A program made the position numbers and the translations under genes. From NCBI GenBank assembly GCA_950097015.1, contig CATNEN010000037.1:4278001-4342000 (forward strand): DNA of 64,000 nucleotides, written 5' to 3'. The notes beneath the pieces are model-generated. The model was given only the letters and a program-made list of their open reading frames with translations. It had not been told where the DNA came from and did no database searches. Position 1 is the stretch's first letter, and the number at the start of each line of letters is the position of its first letter. This document shows, in pieces, positions 1 to 10,660 of this stretch. This DNA is from Macrostomum hystrix (lineage: Eukaryota > Animalia > Platyhelminthes).

Positions 1-2959
1 CTGCGCCGCCTGCGCCTGCGCCTCCTGGCGCTCGGTCTGGCGACGGTCTTCAACCATGCGAGACTTCAGCCATTCGGCTTCGATGTCTTCAGACGGTGGC
101 TCGCCGCGCTCCATGCGCTGATAGCAGGACTGTAGGTACTGCTGCTTGTCCCGCACCTGCTGCTGCAGTTGCATGGCAGTGCTCATCAGCATGGTGAGTT
201 CAGCCGTGCCGGCCTTCATTCGCTTGGTAACGGAGCCCATGCGGAACTTGTAGCCGTTTACTTCTTTGGCCAGGGCCAGAGTGTCGTGCTGGCCGGCCTT
301 GCTCCGCCGCTCCAGCTGTTCCACCAGCCGGCCAACCGCCTCCAGCAGTAGTTGCCGCTCCAGCAGTTGTTCCTCCTTGGCTGCCAGGCGGATTTCCATG
401 TCCTCGCACTTATTGTGCAGCTCAATGGGACCCGGGTCGGTGCCCTCTAGGTAGCGCAGCCGACCGTCCTGGCCGGGGTCCTCGGTGCGCGACTCCATCA
501 GCAGCAGCCTGTCCTGACAGATGCTCAGCTGGATCTGCAGCACAGTCAGCTCGTCTTCAATCTGGCGCTTCTTCGGCAGCTTCTTCTTGGCCAGCTGCAC
601 CTGACGCTCGTCCTCCTTCAGCTGGAGGCGCAAAAAGTCTAATTCTTCTTCGCGCTGACGCAGCTCCAGTTCGCCGCGCTGAATAACGGCCTCCTGCACG
701 CGCACCTTCTCCTGAAGAACGTACACCTCTTCGTTGCGCTCGATGAGCTGCACGGCACGGTCGTTTAACAGCTGGACGGCTCGGTCGGACTGCTTGCGCA
801 GCTGAACCATGGCCTCCTCGGAGGCATTCACCAGTCCGTTGAGTTGGTTGATGTCCAATTTTAGCTGCTCACGTACCTCGTTCTGCTCGTCGTCGTTATG
901 TCGCTGCTTGCTCACCTGTTAATAGTTCAAGTGCACAGGCAGTTGAGCCATTTGTGCAAATTAAATTGATACATTCCTCGAGTTTTCATGTCAAAGAATT
1001 TTTTGACGAAGAGAATGGTCAACGGCTTTTATTGTTTTTTAAAGAATATTGTTAATTCCAACTCACCTCGTTGCGCAGCTGATCCCGCATCACAATCGAG
1101 TTGGCGTGACGTAGGCGCAGCTTTTGCAGGTGCTTCTCTCGTGTGCCTATGTTGGTGCGAAGAATCTCAACCTCGTTCTCCAGAATGCGAATCTTCTCTC
1201 GCATTTCTGAGGCCTTCTGGGCGGCCACCTGTACCAGGCTAACGCACTTGTTGCGCTCGTTTTTGATGACATCGTACAATTTGGCAAAGTCCTTCAGCTT
1301 CACTTCAAGCTCGCGGTGCTTCTTCTGGTGGTCCTGAATCTGCAACTGTCGACTCTTGAGGTCCTCAATGACACGTTTGTGCCGCATCTCTGCCTTCATG
1401 AAGTCTCGCGCCTTCTGTTCTCGCTCGTCGGCTTTGATAGCGGCCAGGCGAGTCAACTCGATGACTTCAATGCGCAGGTCCTGCAGCTTATACTGCAGCC
1501 GCTCCTCATCCTCAATGCTCTGGGTCACCTTGACCTGCTCTGCAGATGTCAGCGACGTCTCCTGGGCTACGTTGCGCCGGAAATCTTCGACCTCCTTGTC
1601 GAGGACAGCTTTTCGCTTCTCCATGGAGCCATCGTCGCGGGGCACGCTATCGAAATTCTGTTTTGTCTTCTCGTGTACCTGCGTCACCAAAGTGAGCGCA
1701 TCTTCGCTGGCCTTCTGCTGCAGCTGCGCCTTCTTAAGCGCCTTCAGCTCTCGCTCCTTCTCTCGCGCCTTTCGACTGTGTGTCTCCATCAGATTGCGTC
1801 GCTCTAGGTTCAAGTGACGCAGGTTCATGTCGATGGTGGCCCGGTCTGTAACCACCGTCATTTCCTTCTGGCGCAGCTCCTCCAAATCACCATTGATCTT
1901 ATCAACCGTCTCCTGGCTCTTTGAATTGCTGGTGACCTGTTGAGTGGCATCACGCTTCACGGTCTCCAGCTCTTTCGCCAGGCGACGAGATGCCTCCTCC
2001 AGGCTCTCCAACTGTTTCTGCATGACATCGATCTCAGCTTGTCGCTCTCTGGTTTCCTTCTCGCAATCGGTCTTCTGCTTTCGAACCCGCTCTGTCTCCT
2101 TGTTGAGCTGAGTTGGCAGGCCACTAACCTTGACTAAGTCAGACTTCTTCTGGTCCAGGTAGTCTTTAACCTTTTCCAGCTCGTCACGCAGCTCGGCGGT
2201 CTGCTGCTCAAGCTCGTACTTCGCCTCCGTTGTCTTCTTCTTTTCACGAAGCCTCTTGTTGATCTCATCCTGCAGTTCAATCTTGTCCTGCTCCAGCTGC
2301 TTGCGCCGCTTTTCGATGTCATCCGCCTTGGGAATTCTGTCGTACTCGCGCTTGAGAATGTCCCGCTCTTCCTTCAAGCACTGGATTTTGTACTCGAAGT
2401 CGTACACCCTCTCTTCGGTCAGGAGCAGCTCATTGTTGTATTTGAGTAGGGTCTCACGCAGCTTCTCAGCCTCAGATGAAACATTGTCAGGGAAGTTGTC
2501 CTGCTTGCCTAGCTCAGCCCGCTGGTGCTCCAACTCCAGTGTGTGCTGCTTGGCCTGTTGCAACAGCTGGAACTCCGAGTCCCGCGACCGCTTCAAGAAC
2601 TCAAACAGCTGCATGTACTTCGCCTTAAAGATGGCCACCTCCGTGCCTGTGAGCTTGCCCTGGTTGAACATGTCGTCCAGGTTCTTGAACGCCGGGCTAT
2701 TACTCACAGCCATCTGGCCCTCCGATTCTAGCGTGGCCTTGGTTGGAGGCAGCGCGTACACTGGTGCCTCGTAGTCGTCATCAACTGCTGGAAGGTCAGA
2801 GCTGTCAGCCGGACTGGTTGGCTCCAGGCCAAAGGCGTCCTCATCGTCAGCGTCCTCATCGTCCCGCTGCAGATCCGCTGGCAGATCGTCTTCGTCTTCT
2901 CCATCGTCTCCGAAGCCTCGTTTGGTTTTGACCTTGTCTTCGTCGCCTAGCGATGCCAT
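1..2959 (-). CDS. CCDC146: Coiled-coil motile-cilia protein CCDC146/MBO2-like; exon 1 = 2959..1067, intron 1066..916, exon 2 = 915..<1 (3' end outside window)
   Basis: ATG at 2959 (MASLGDE); the TTG start at 3004 in the ORF track is ignored. KLYDVIKNERNKCVSLVQ...ILENEVEILR...HANSIVMRDQLRNE resembles CCDC146. Donor GAG|GTGAGT at 1066, acceptor ACAG| at 916; exon 2 continues as coiled coil (VSKQRHNDDEQNEVREQLKLDINQL). Confidence 0.88.
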
Positions 2960-3120
2960 ATCGCTGTGCGACAGTTGCTGCTTGCTCTTTCGGGATGCTC
3001 TCAAATAAAAAGCACTAAGGAACTCGCAATTCTAAATACTAAAATGCCGAACTTAAAATGTCTAGCCTTGTGATATTTTCTGCTGTCTTCTTTTGCATGA
3101 AATTATTGTGAATTCAAATT

Positions 3121-3134
3121 GGCGCCGTAGCAAC
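3121..3134 (-). promoter_or_regulatory. Candidate RFX X-box upstream of CCDC146
   Basis: GTTGCTACGGCGCC on the minus strand; 10/14 match to GTTGCCATGGCAAC with one near-intact half site, about 160 bp upstream of the ATG of a ciliary gene. Confidence 0.45.
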
Positions 3135-4503
3135 GGGCCTTAGCGACAGCTCCAGCGCCTTTCCTTCTGGCAAAGGGTGTTTAGACTGCACAAGGTGGAG
3201 TGCGTAAGACTGTACACTTTCAGGTATGGAGTGTACAGCCGGTTTGGAGTATGAAAATTGAACAAATGCCCCTGCATGCTCTACCCTTGCATGCAGGTTC
3301 AACATCTCTTACCCTCCAAGCAGGCATGTTCTCTCTCAGCTCAGCTCTCAGTGTCAGTTAACACTGCCACACCAACCCCAGCGGTCATAAAATTCTCAGA
3401 TAATAAAGGCAGACAAAATATACTCTGTACGCCCACATGCGCCTACTGGCAATAGGTAAAGTAGTAAGCTAAGAAAATGAATGCTGCCATCAATTTAAAA
3501 TATCGCTGTCGCTGCTTATAAAAACAAAATTCACAGTCCATGCATAATACATATGTAGGCGCAAAAAGACAATGCAAAACAGTTATTCTTTATCCAAAAT
3601 TTAATTAAAAATTTAAAATTAATTTTGGAATAACAGATGTACAGTTATAATTTGTTTTGAGCTTGTTTATGTAGGCTTAGCTACTAGTAACCATTTTGCT
3701 ATAATTCCAACCTTTTTATAGCCAGTTAGGCCTAAACCCACCGTTACAATATGTGAAATTAACATCATTGAGTACTTTTACAGCATGGTCCAATATGCTA
3801 TACGCCTACTTTGCAACAGAGACCAGAAGCACTTTCAAACACTTTTGCAAGTGTGTGGCGTGTGCCAGCTGTCCTGAATGTCTGTTGGAAATTTCCTATG
3901 CACAGTACATGATCTTGAGTGTGTCCTTCTCAAGTGTGCCTACATATATGATGTGGTTGGCCTAGTCATAACTTTTAAGCGATTAAATTACTAATGGCTC
4001 TGTTTTTTTTTAATTTACTGGCTCTGTAGTATCATGCAGTTAAACTGATAATCGTTATTATTGGTAATAATAATAGGCCTATCATGTGCTTAATAATAGA
4101 AATTATATTTTTCTTATAAAGACAAAGCATATAGAAACCTAATGCTTCTAACTTTGACATTATAATCATTTATAGTCTTAAATATAAAATAGATTGTTTT
4201 ATATAAAATAGTTTTTTATTAATTTGTGTATTCTTTATTATTCATTTTGTTATTTAAAATAGTAAAATATACTTTCTTAATGCTAAGCACTAGTAAGGTA
4301 AATGTTAGGAGTAGGCTTTTCGAAATATTTAGCTGCATACTTCAATTGTTTTTATTGTCTAATTAGTACTTAGACTAGGCATATTAAATCAATTTCTACA
4401 AATTTATTTTTTTATTTATGAAGTATACTGAGTTTTTTCTTCAGGTAGCCTACCCTCTTTGCTCTAATCTTTATCTATTGATTCTATTTTCAGCCATTTA
4501 TTC

Positions 4504-4821
4504 ATGTCGAATCCCAGCCCCACTGCTCAAGACAGCCTGCTTCGGGCTGTACTTCTCAGCACTAAGAATGGTGTCCGACTATGCGAGCTGCAGGCCCAGT
4601 ACAGGGCCCTGGCTGGGCACGCCCTCAACCTGGCTGGACATGACAATGTGACTTCACTACTGCGCAGCTTGTCTAATGTAGGCTACATTCGCCTAGTGAA
4701 TGGCGAGTTAGTCGCATTTGGTCGAGAAACAGAGGAGACAAGCCACATCTGCTCGCTTATCCAGCGACAGAGAACAGGCGGCGGCAACCGAGGCGCTAGT
4801 CGAGAATGCCAACTATTATAG
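4504..4821 (+). CDS. Stand-alone extended LOTUS (OST-HTH) domain protein, TDRD7/TDRD5 N-terminal type, 105 aa; possible out-of-frame extension to 5014
   Basis: LRAVLLSTKNGVRLCELQAQYRALAG ... LLRSL ... ETSHICSLIQRQR aligns by eye with the TDRD7 LOTUS (LRAVLQSHKNGVALPRLQGEYRSLTG ... ETARIAQLVARQR). A pyrimidine-rich acceptor TTTTCAG ends at 4493, 10 nt before the ATG. Confidence 0.85.
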   Translation: MSNPSPTAQDSLLRAVLLSTKNGVRLCELQAQYRALAGHALNLAGHDNVTSLLRSLSNVGYIRLVNGELVAFGRETEETSHICSLIQRQRTGGGNRGASRECQLL

Positions 4822-5994
4822 GTCTGATTATAAGCAGCAGCGGCAGCGGGTCTGTCTGTCTGTTATCAACGTCGATGAGGAAAGCGACAAGGACTTGCCC
4901 TGCCGGTTGGTGCGCCTCGGCGAGGCCAACACAGGCGGCCTGCGTGTCACCATCAGTAACGATAGGCACAGTGCGGTCCGGTCTAGCCATGGCCGCTGGC
5001 CAGTCAGGGTCTAATTGAACTGCTTGGAAACTAGTTGTGTGGCACCTAGCGCACTATTAATGTTCGTTGTAACTGTGTGTGTCATTTTACAAAAAAATTA
5101 AGGTGCCATTTGCTTCGTATTGCTTCCCCAGCTAAAATCAATAAGATCTCATGTTCTTTGTGCTGCCCAATGTTGTTTTAATGATTTATTTTATTTTTTT
5201 AGCTTCTCCTTTGTCTTTTTAGTTTTTTGGTCTTCTTAGTTCAATTTGATATGGCTGCATCGATTGATTTTAATCGAACTTTGTGCCTGATCGATAGAAC
5301 ATTTGCACAATTTTCAGCTTTTGCTCGTAATTTACTAATTTTGTTATTAACTAACGTTAGATCCAAGTGTCAACAGTTATATTTTATTTCATGACTTACT
5401 CCTGCCAATATGCTTATACCTTCGAATTTATAAATGTAGAAATGTATCTTTGCATTTCATCCTTGCCTAGGAACTTTCCACTACGAGACTTTCTTTTTGT
5501 CGTCGAAACTAAAAGAATATTACTTTGCAGTTGTAAATTGGACGTATTTTTTTTGTTAAAGTTTATTTGGGTACTTTTAAATTTCGCATTCGTAGTCATT
5601 CTTTGTGCACAGCATGCTTAGCTTGTGCAGATTAAAAATAGTGCTAGTTTTTTCCTCGTCTATTTATTTCGTATTTTATATTCGTTATTATTTTGACGAT
5701 AACTTTGTGTCGTATGTTGCATCGATTGACTCCAAGAAGCAAATATATACGTTGACAAGTCTCTAAAATCACTCAATTCTAACTCAAGTATATACCCATT
5801 GTTCGATCTTGGAATTTGCAGATCAAATCGCAGATCGCAGATCTTTGAGGGTTGCCGTTCATTTTCTTCGTTATGGTAGGATTGTTGAAGTCGGGAAGTC
5901 TTATTTTTTTATTTAAAGTCGGCACCCAGGGTAGATCGTGAAATCCGTCATTGACACACCACCAGCTGTAACTAGCTCCCTCTATTTTACGGCC

Positions 5995-6375
5995 CTCACT
6001 CCTACAACCTCCTCACGCCATGCCTCTCTTACAGCCCACTCCTATACAACCACCTCACTCCGTGCCTCTCTTACAGCCCCACTCCTACAACCACCTTACG
6101 CCATGCCTCTCTTACAGCCCCACTCCTATACAACCACCTCACTCCGTGCCTTTCTTACAGCCCCACTCATACAACCACCTCACGCCATGCCTCTCTTACA
6201 GCCCCACTCCTCAACCACCTCACGCCATGCCTCTCTTACAGCCCCACTCCTACAACCACCTCACGCCATGCCTCTCTTACAGCCCACTCCTATAACCACC
6301 TCACGCCATGCCTCTCTTACAGCCCCACTCCTCAACCACTTCACGCTATGCCTCTATTACAGCCCCTACTCCTAC
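5995..6375. repeat. ~43-bp minisatellite
   Basis: Tandem units like CCTCACGCCATGCCTCTCTTACAGCCCCACTCCTATACAACCA. Confidence 0.9.
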
Positions 6376-6573
6376 AACTACTCACAAAGTCTTTTCTCAT
6401 TGCGGTTTATGTGCATAAACACATGAAACACACGTCTGGATGTTGCTTCGTTAGCCTCTTAATCTTCAAACTAAAATATGGTACGATACGCAAAATAGGC
6501 TTTTAACTGCACAGCAAGGCAAACTGCACGAGAATGTATTTCGAGCATTCATTTGAAGGGAATTCAAGTGGTC

Positions 6574-9255
6574 TCAAGCACACGTCGGCACACTCGCAGC
6601 CGCTACAGTCAGCATCTCGACCGCCTCCTCGCCAACCAGCAGGCACTGCTCCCGCTCCCGCTTGAGTGTCTCTTCGGCCCAGAGCTTCTCCCGGCCGCTG
6701 ACGAAGCCCTCGGAGTCGCGCACGGTTTCTGGCAGCGGCATATCCTTTGTCTCGGGCAGCAGGAGGGCGGTGAAGGCGGTGAGGATGCTGAGCCCACCGA
6801 ATATGAGGCCGGGAAGATAGTGCACACTGTTGCCAAGCGAGTTGATTGGCGGAGCCAGAATGTTTGCAAGGGCGGCCAGCCCGGTGCCCAGGAAGAGGCC
6901 ATTGTTGCGAACTGCGGTTGGGAACACCTCGGCTGACCAGACCTCCATGATGCAGTAGCCAGCTGTGAGTAGGCACTTTCCTGCCAGTGAGTAGTGTGAG
7001 AACTGTCATTTAGGTGAGAAATGTCATTTATTAGATGAGAATTGCGATTGATTAGATGAGAATTGTGATTTCGGAGATGAGAAATGTGATTGATTAGATG
7101 AGAATTGTGATTGATTAGATGAAAATTGTGATTTAGGAGATGAGAAATATGATTGATTAGATGAGAATTGTGATTTAGGAGATGAGAAATATGATTGATT
7201 AGATGAGAATTGTGATTTAGGAGATAAGAAATGTGATTGATTAGATGAGAATTGTGATTTAGGAGATGAGAAATATGATTGATTAGCTAGATGAGAATTG
7301 TGATTTAGGAGATAAGAAATGTGATCTATTGGATGAGAAATGTGATCTATGGAATGAGAAATGTGATTGATTCGATAAGAATTGTGAGTTATGGGATGAG
7401 AAATGTGATTGATTAGATAAGAATTGTGATTTTTGGGATAATAAATGCCATTTAGGAGATCGGAAATGAGAAGAACGGAATGAGAAATAGAATTTATGGG
7501 GGAAGAAATGTGATTTTTAGGATAAGAATGTGATATAGTTCGCGAGTCAACGTCTAGCAAATAAAGCAAACAAATTCCCGATTGATCACCCACCTGACAT
7601 GGCAACAATGGCCTTGGCTACAGGGTAGCTGGCATCCGGGATGTTCGGCACGGCCACCACGCACACTCCGCTCACAGCCGTCAGGGCTAAGGTGGTGTAT
7701 TTCCTGCCCAGCCTATCACTGAGCAGCCAGGCCAGGAAGTAGCTGGGGATCTCCACGGCGCCGCTGACCAGCACGTTCACCACAATGCTGGAGCTGATGA
7801 AGGTCGTGTCGGTGGCCAGGCCGAAGTAGCAGAATGTGAACATTGTGAGGAAGTTGAAGATCACCAGCGTCTTGGTGCGCATGCGCGGGTAGGAGACCAG
7901 CTCCAGCAGGTTGCCCGTGGGCTCGCCCTCCACCTCCACCTAGTTGCGTGAGCAGAGCGCTTCCTGTGAGACCCCTGCCCTCAGTGCCCCCTGCCCTCAG
8001 TGCCCCTGCCCACAGTGCCCCTGCCCTCAGTGCACTCCTGCCCTCACCCTCAGTGCCCCTGCCCTCAGTGCCCCTGCCCTCAGTGCCCCCTGCCCTCAGT
8101 GCCCCTGCCCTCACCCTCAGTGCCCCTGCCCTCAGTGCCCCTGCCCTCAGTGCCCCCTGCCCTCAGTGCCCCTGCCCTCAGTGCCCCCTGCCCTCAGTGC
8201 CCCTGCCCTCAGTGCCCCCTGCCCTCAGCGCACTCCTGCCCTCAGTGCCTCTGCCCTCACCCTCAGTGCCCCTGCCCTCAGTGCCCCTGCCCTCAGTGCC
8301 CCTGCCCTCAGTGCCCCTGCCCTCAGTGCCCCCTGCCCTCAGTGCACTCCTGCCCTCAGTGCCCCTGCCCTCAGTGCCCCTGCCCTCAGTGCCCCTGCCC
8401 TCAGTGCCCCTGCCCTCAGTGCCCCCTGCCCTCAGTGCCCCCTGCCCTCAGTGCCTCTGCCCTCACCCTCAGTGCCCCTGCCCCTCACCTTGTTGGCCCT
8501 TTGCCGCCAGCTGATGCCGTTCCACCTGGCAATGCGGCGCAGCACCTGGATGGCCTCATCGATGCGGCCGCGCAGCACCAACCACCTGGGCGACTCCGGC
8601 ACTATGGTGAATATCACGATATAGTTGATGCAGAACAGCAGCGAGAACCACTGGATGCGGCGCCAGTCCTTCAGAAGGTAGACTATCACCCCGCTGGACA
8701 TGTAGCCCACACACCAGAATAGCCAGTAGAGATTGCCTAGCATAGCCCTGTGTTTCTTCTGGGTCATCTCCTCGATGATCAGCAGTCCCTGATAGTACAT
8801 TGCGGCCGGGAAGCCTATGCGTACATTTCAAGAGCGGAATGCATTCAGTTAAAAAGTCAGTGGTACAGCTGCAGCGACTGCTGTTCAGTCCATGGACTCT
8901 GGCGCCGCCACACCCGTTTTAATTACTATCCTAGATTATGTTTTAATGACAGTTTAATTGAAAGTATTTCAAATACCCGCAGTAAATATTTTTGCATCTC
9001 TCAAAATATTAAAACATCGCCTCGGACTTCCAGTTTCACAAAACATCTGCATCGTCGAGATATTGGAGACGATTCTCGTCGGCTGTCTGGTGGCAAAATC
9101 AAGCAATCCAGGCATCACTTTTCTGTTAAATATCATGCCTAAATATGGATTCGCCATAGCAGTTTGTACAGAGTAATGTTTGTTGTCGTCGTCACCAGGT
9201 CTTTGAAAAAAATCGTTGAATACCTCGATGCTGACGTCGGACGGCTTTGGGTAGG

Positions 9256-9294
<39 letters not shown>

Positions 9295-9895
9295 GGGTAT
9301 TTGAAATACCCCCATGGTCTTCCCCAGGGGAAAAGTACCGTGCTCTTTCTACAGCTAATAGTTGCCATGATAAATGCGTGTACGCTATCTGACCCTTGAG
9401 GAAGCGGGCCAGCAGTTGTGAGTGCACATCCGGCATGAACACGGGCAGCACGGTGGTGACAATGTCCGCCAGGCCGCACACCACCAGCACCCGCTTCCGA
9501 CCGATCCTGTCCCCCAGAGTGCCGAACAGGAAGCCGACCGCGTTGCCAAGGAAGAACATCGACATCATCAGCGTGGCGTAGTGCTGCCGGTCGCACACCA
9601 GATTGTATTCCTCCAGCACTGAGCGAGTAAACGCCCCGCCCGGCTCGTACTCAAATTCGGTGCACTTCTCAGTGCCATTATTCAGCCTCTCCAGGCTGCA
9701 GTGGCTGCCGAAATCCTGGGCAGCGTTGCCGCTGCTGTTCTGCTCCGAGCACCTGTGCGGAGTCTCGTGCAGCGACAAAACCAGCAGCTCAATGTCCAGC
9801 ACCGCTTTGAAGTTGGTGAAGGACAGCGCCAGGAACATGACCAGCTGGACGCGACCGAAGCCGCCGATCTCAGCTAGAACGCTCTCGTACTCCAT
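6574..9895 (-). CDS. SLC22-family organic cation/anion transporter (MFS), 526 aa; exons 9895..9394, 8814..8489, 7939..7594, 6980..6574
   Basis: MEYESVLAEIGGFGRVQL start, EYNLVCDR, GDRIGRK, VPESPRWL, SDRLGRK, EVFPTAVR, LLPETKDMPLPET motifs. All three GT-AG introns give consistent phases (1,0,1); total 1581 nt. Confidence 0.92.
7025..7470. repeat. Degenerate GA/T-rich ~42-bp minisatellite in SLC22 intron 3
   Basis: GATTGATTAGATGAGAATTGTGATTTAGGAGATGAGAAATAT units. Confidence 0.85.
7972..8485. repeat. 15/16-bp minisatellite filling SLC22 intron 2
   Basis: CTCAGTGCCCCTGCC units, starting a few bases from the donor at 8488. Confidence 0.95.
8964..9335 (+). mobile_element. Non-autonomous element, Helentron/DINE-1 (HINE)-like, copy 1
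   Basis: Perfect 15-bp inverted repeat GTATTTCAAATACCC (8964) / GGGTATTTGAAATAC (9295), internal GGCAGTA/GGCAGTG microsatellite, and a short hairpin TTCCC-CAG-GGGAA beyond the 3' repeat. Homologous to 13461 and 21937. Confidence 0.6.
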
Positions 9896-10366
9896 GCTGA
9901 ATGAGCCCAACTTCAACACTAAAATGCTATGTAAAGTGTAACTGTCGTCTGTTGCTTCTCAGCCTTTCTTCTCACAATGCCACTGACCAAATTCCTGCGT
10001 TGATATACTAGTATTATTCAGAGACGGGTCCAGCGCAACCGTTCGCATTATCAGACGGCGCGCGTGACTCTATGGTGCTGCAATTGTTGTGCAAATCGAA
10101 TCGTATTACTAAGGCCGCCCCTGGTGTGACCGTCCCGTTCCAGTGCTTTTTCGGTCCCCGCACAGGGAGAGCCACTGGCAGCACTTGCTGCACCGCTTCT
10201 ATGCGGTTCCCTTTGCACTTTAATAAGCTGCCAAGGCAGTCCGGCATTAACAAAATAAGGGGGCTGCAATGCACAACGCATGAACGTTAGCGCGTAATCC
10301 TCTCCTATGTTCTATCTGTCTATTTATCTATCTATAGACATAGCTGCCGGTAGCTTAGTTTAACCA

Positions 10367-10660
10367 CTTGTAGCTTAGTGGTTAAAGCATCGGACTCACG
10401 ACTTGAAGGTCGAGGGTTCGATTCTCGACTCCACTGGAGCAATCTGTGTCATTTAGCAAGACAATTTACTCCGTATTGCTTCAGTTCAGCAGCTGATAGC
10501 TGCCAGTGGGTGTGGCGTTCCCCCAGTCCATGGTCTGAACAACCGTACGCAGTCTTCAGTTACGCCACGCAATAGCTGCCGGTGTGCTGTCGGCTGCACA
10601 TCTGACCCAATTGGGGAATGCGTAATCAATTATTATTTATATTACTGTTATTATTATTAC
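10367..10660 (+). mobile_element. tRNA-derived SINE family A (CORE-like body), copy 1
   Basis: A box TAGTGGTTAAAGC, B box GGTTCGATTC, body TGTGTCATTTAGCAAGACAATTTACTCC...CTTCAGTTCA, (TTA)n tail. Homologous to 39781 and 58405. Confidence 0.85.

Noticed and set aside
1143-2931. Plus-strand ORFs overlapping CCDC146 (and similar shadow ORFs over SLC22, BET, MFSD2, the kinase and SLC25)
   Set aside because: Antisense or alternate-frame shadows of GC-rich coding exons with no recognisable motifs.
10367-10440. tRNA genes at SINE heads (also 16812, 34454, 40030, 58640)
   Set aside because: A and B boxes are present, but acceptor stems are incomplete and each continues into a shared SINE body and tail.
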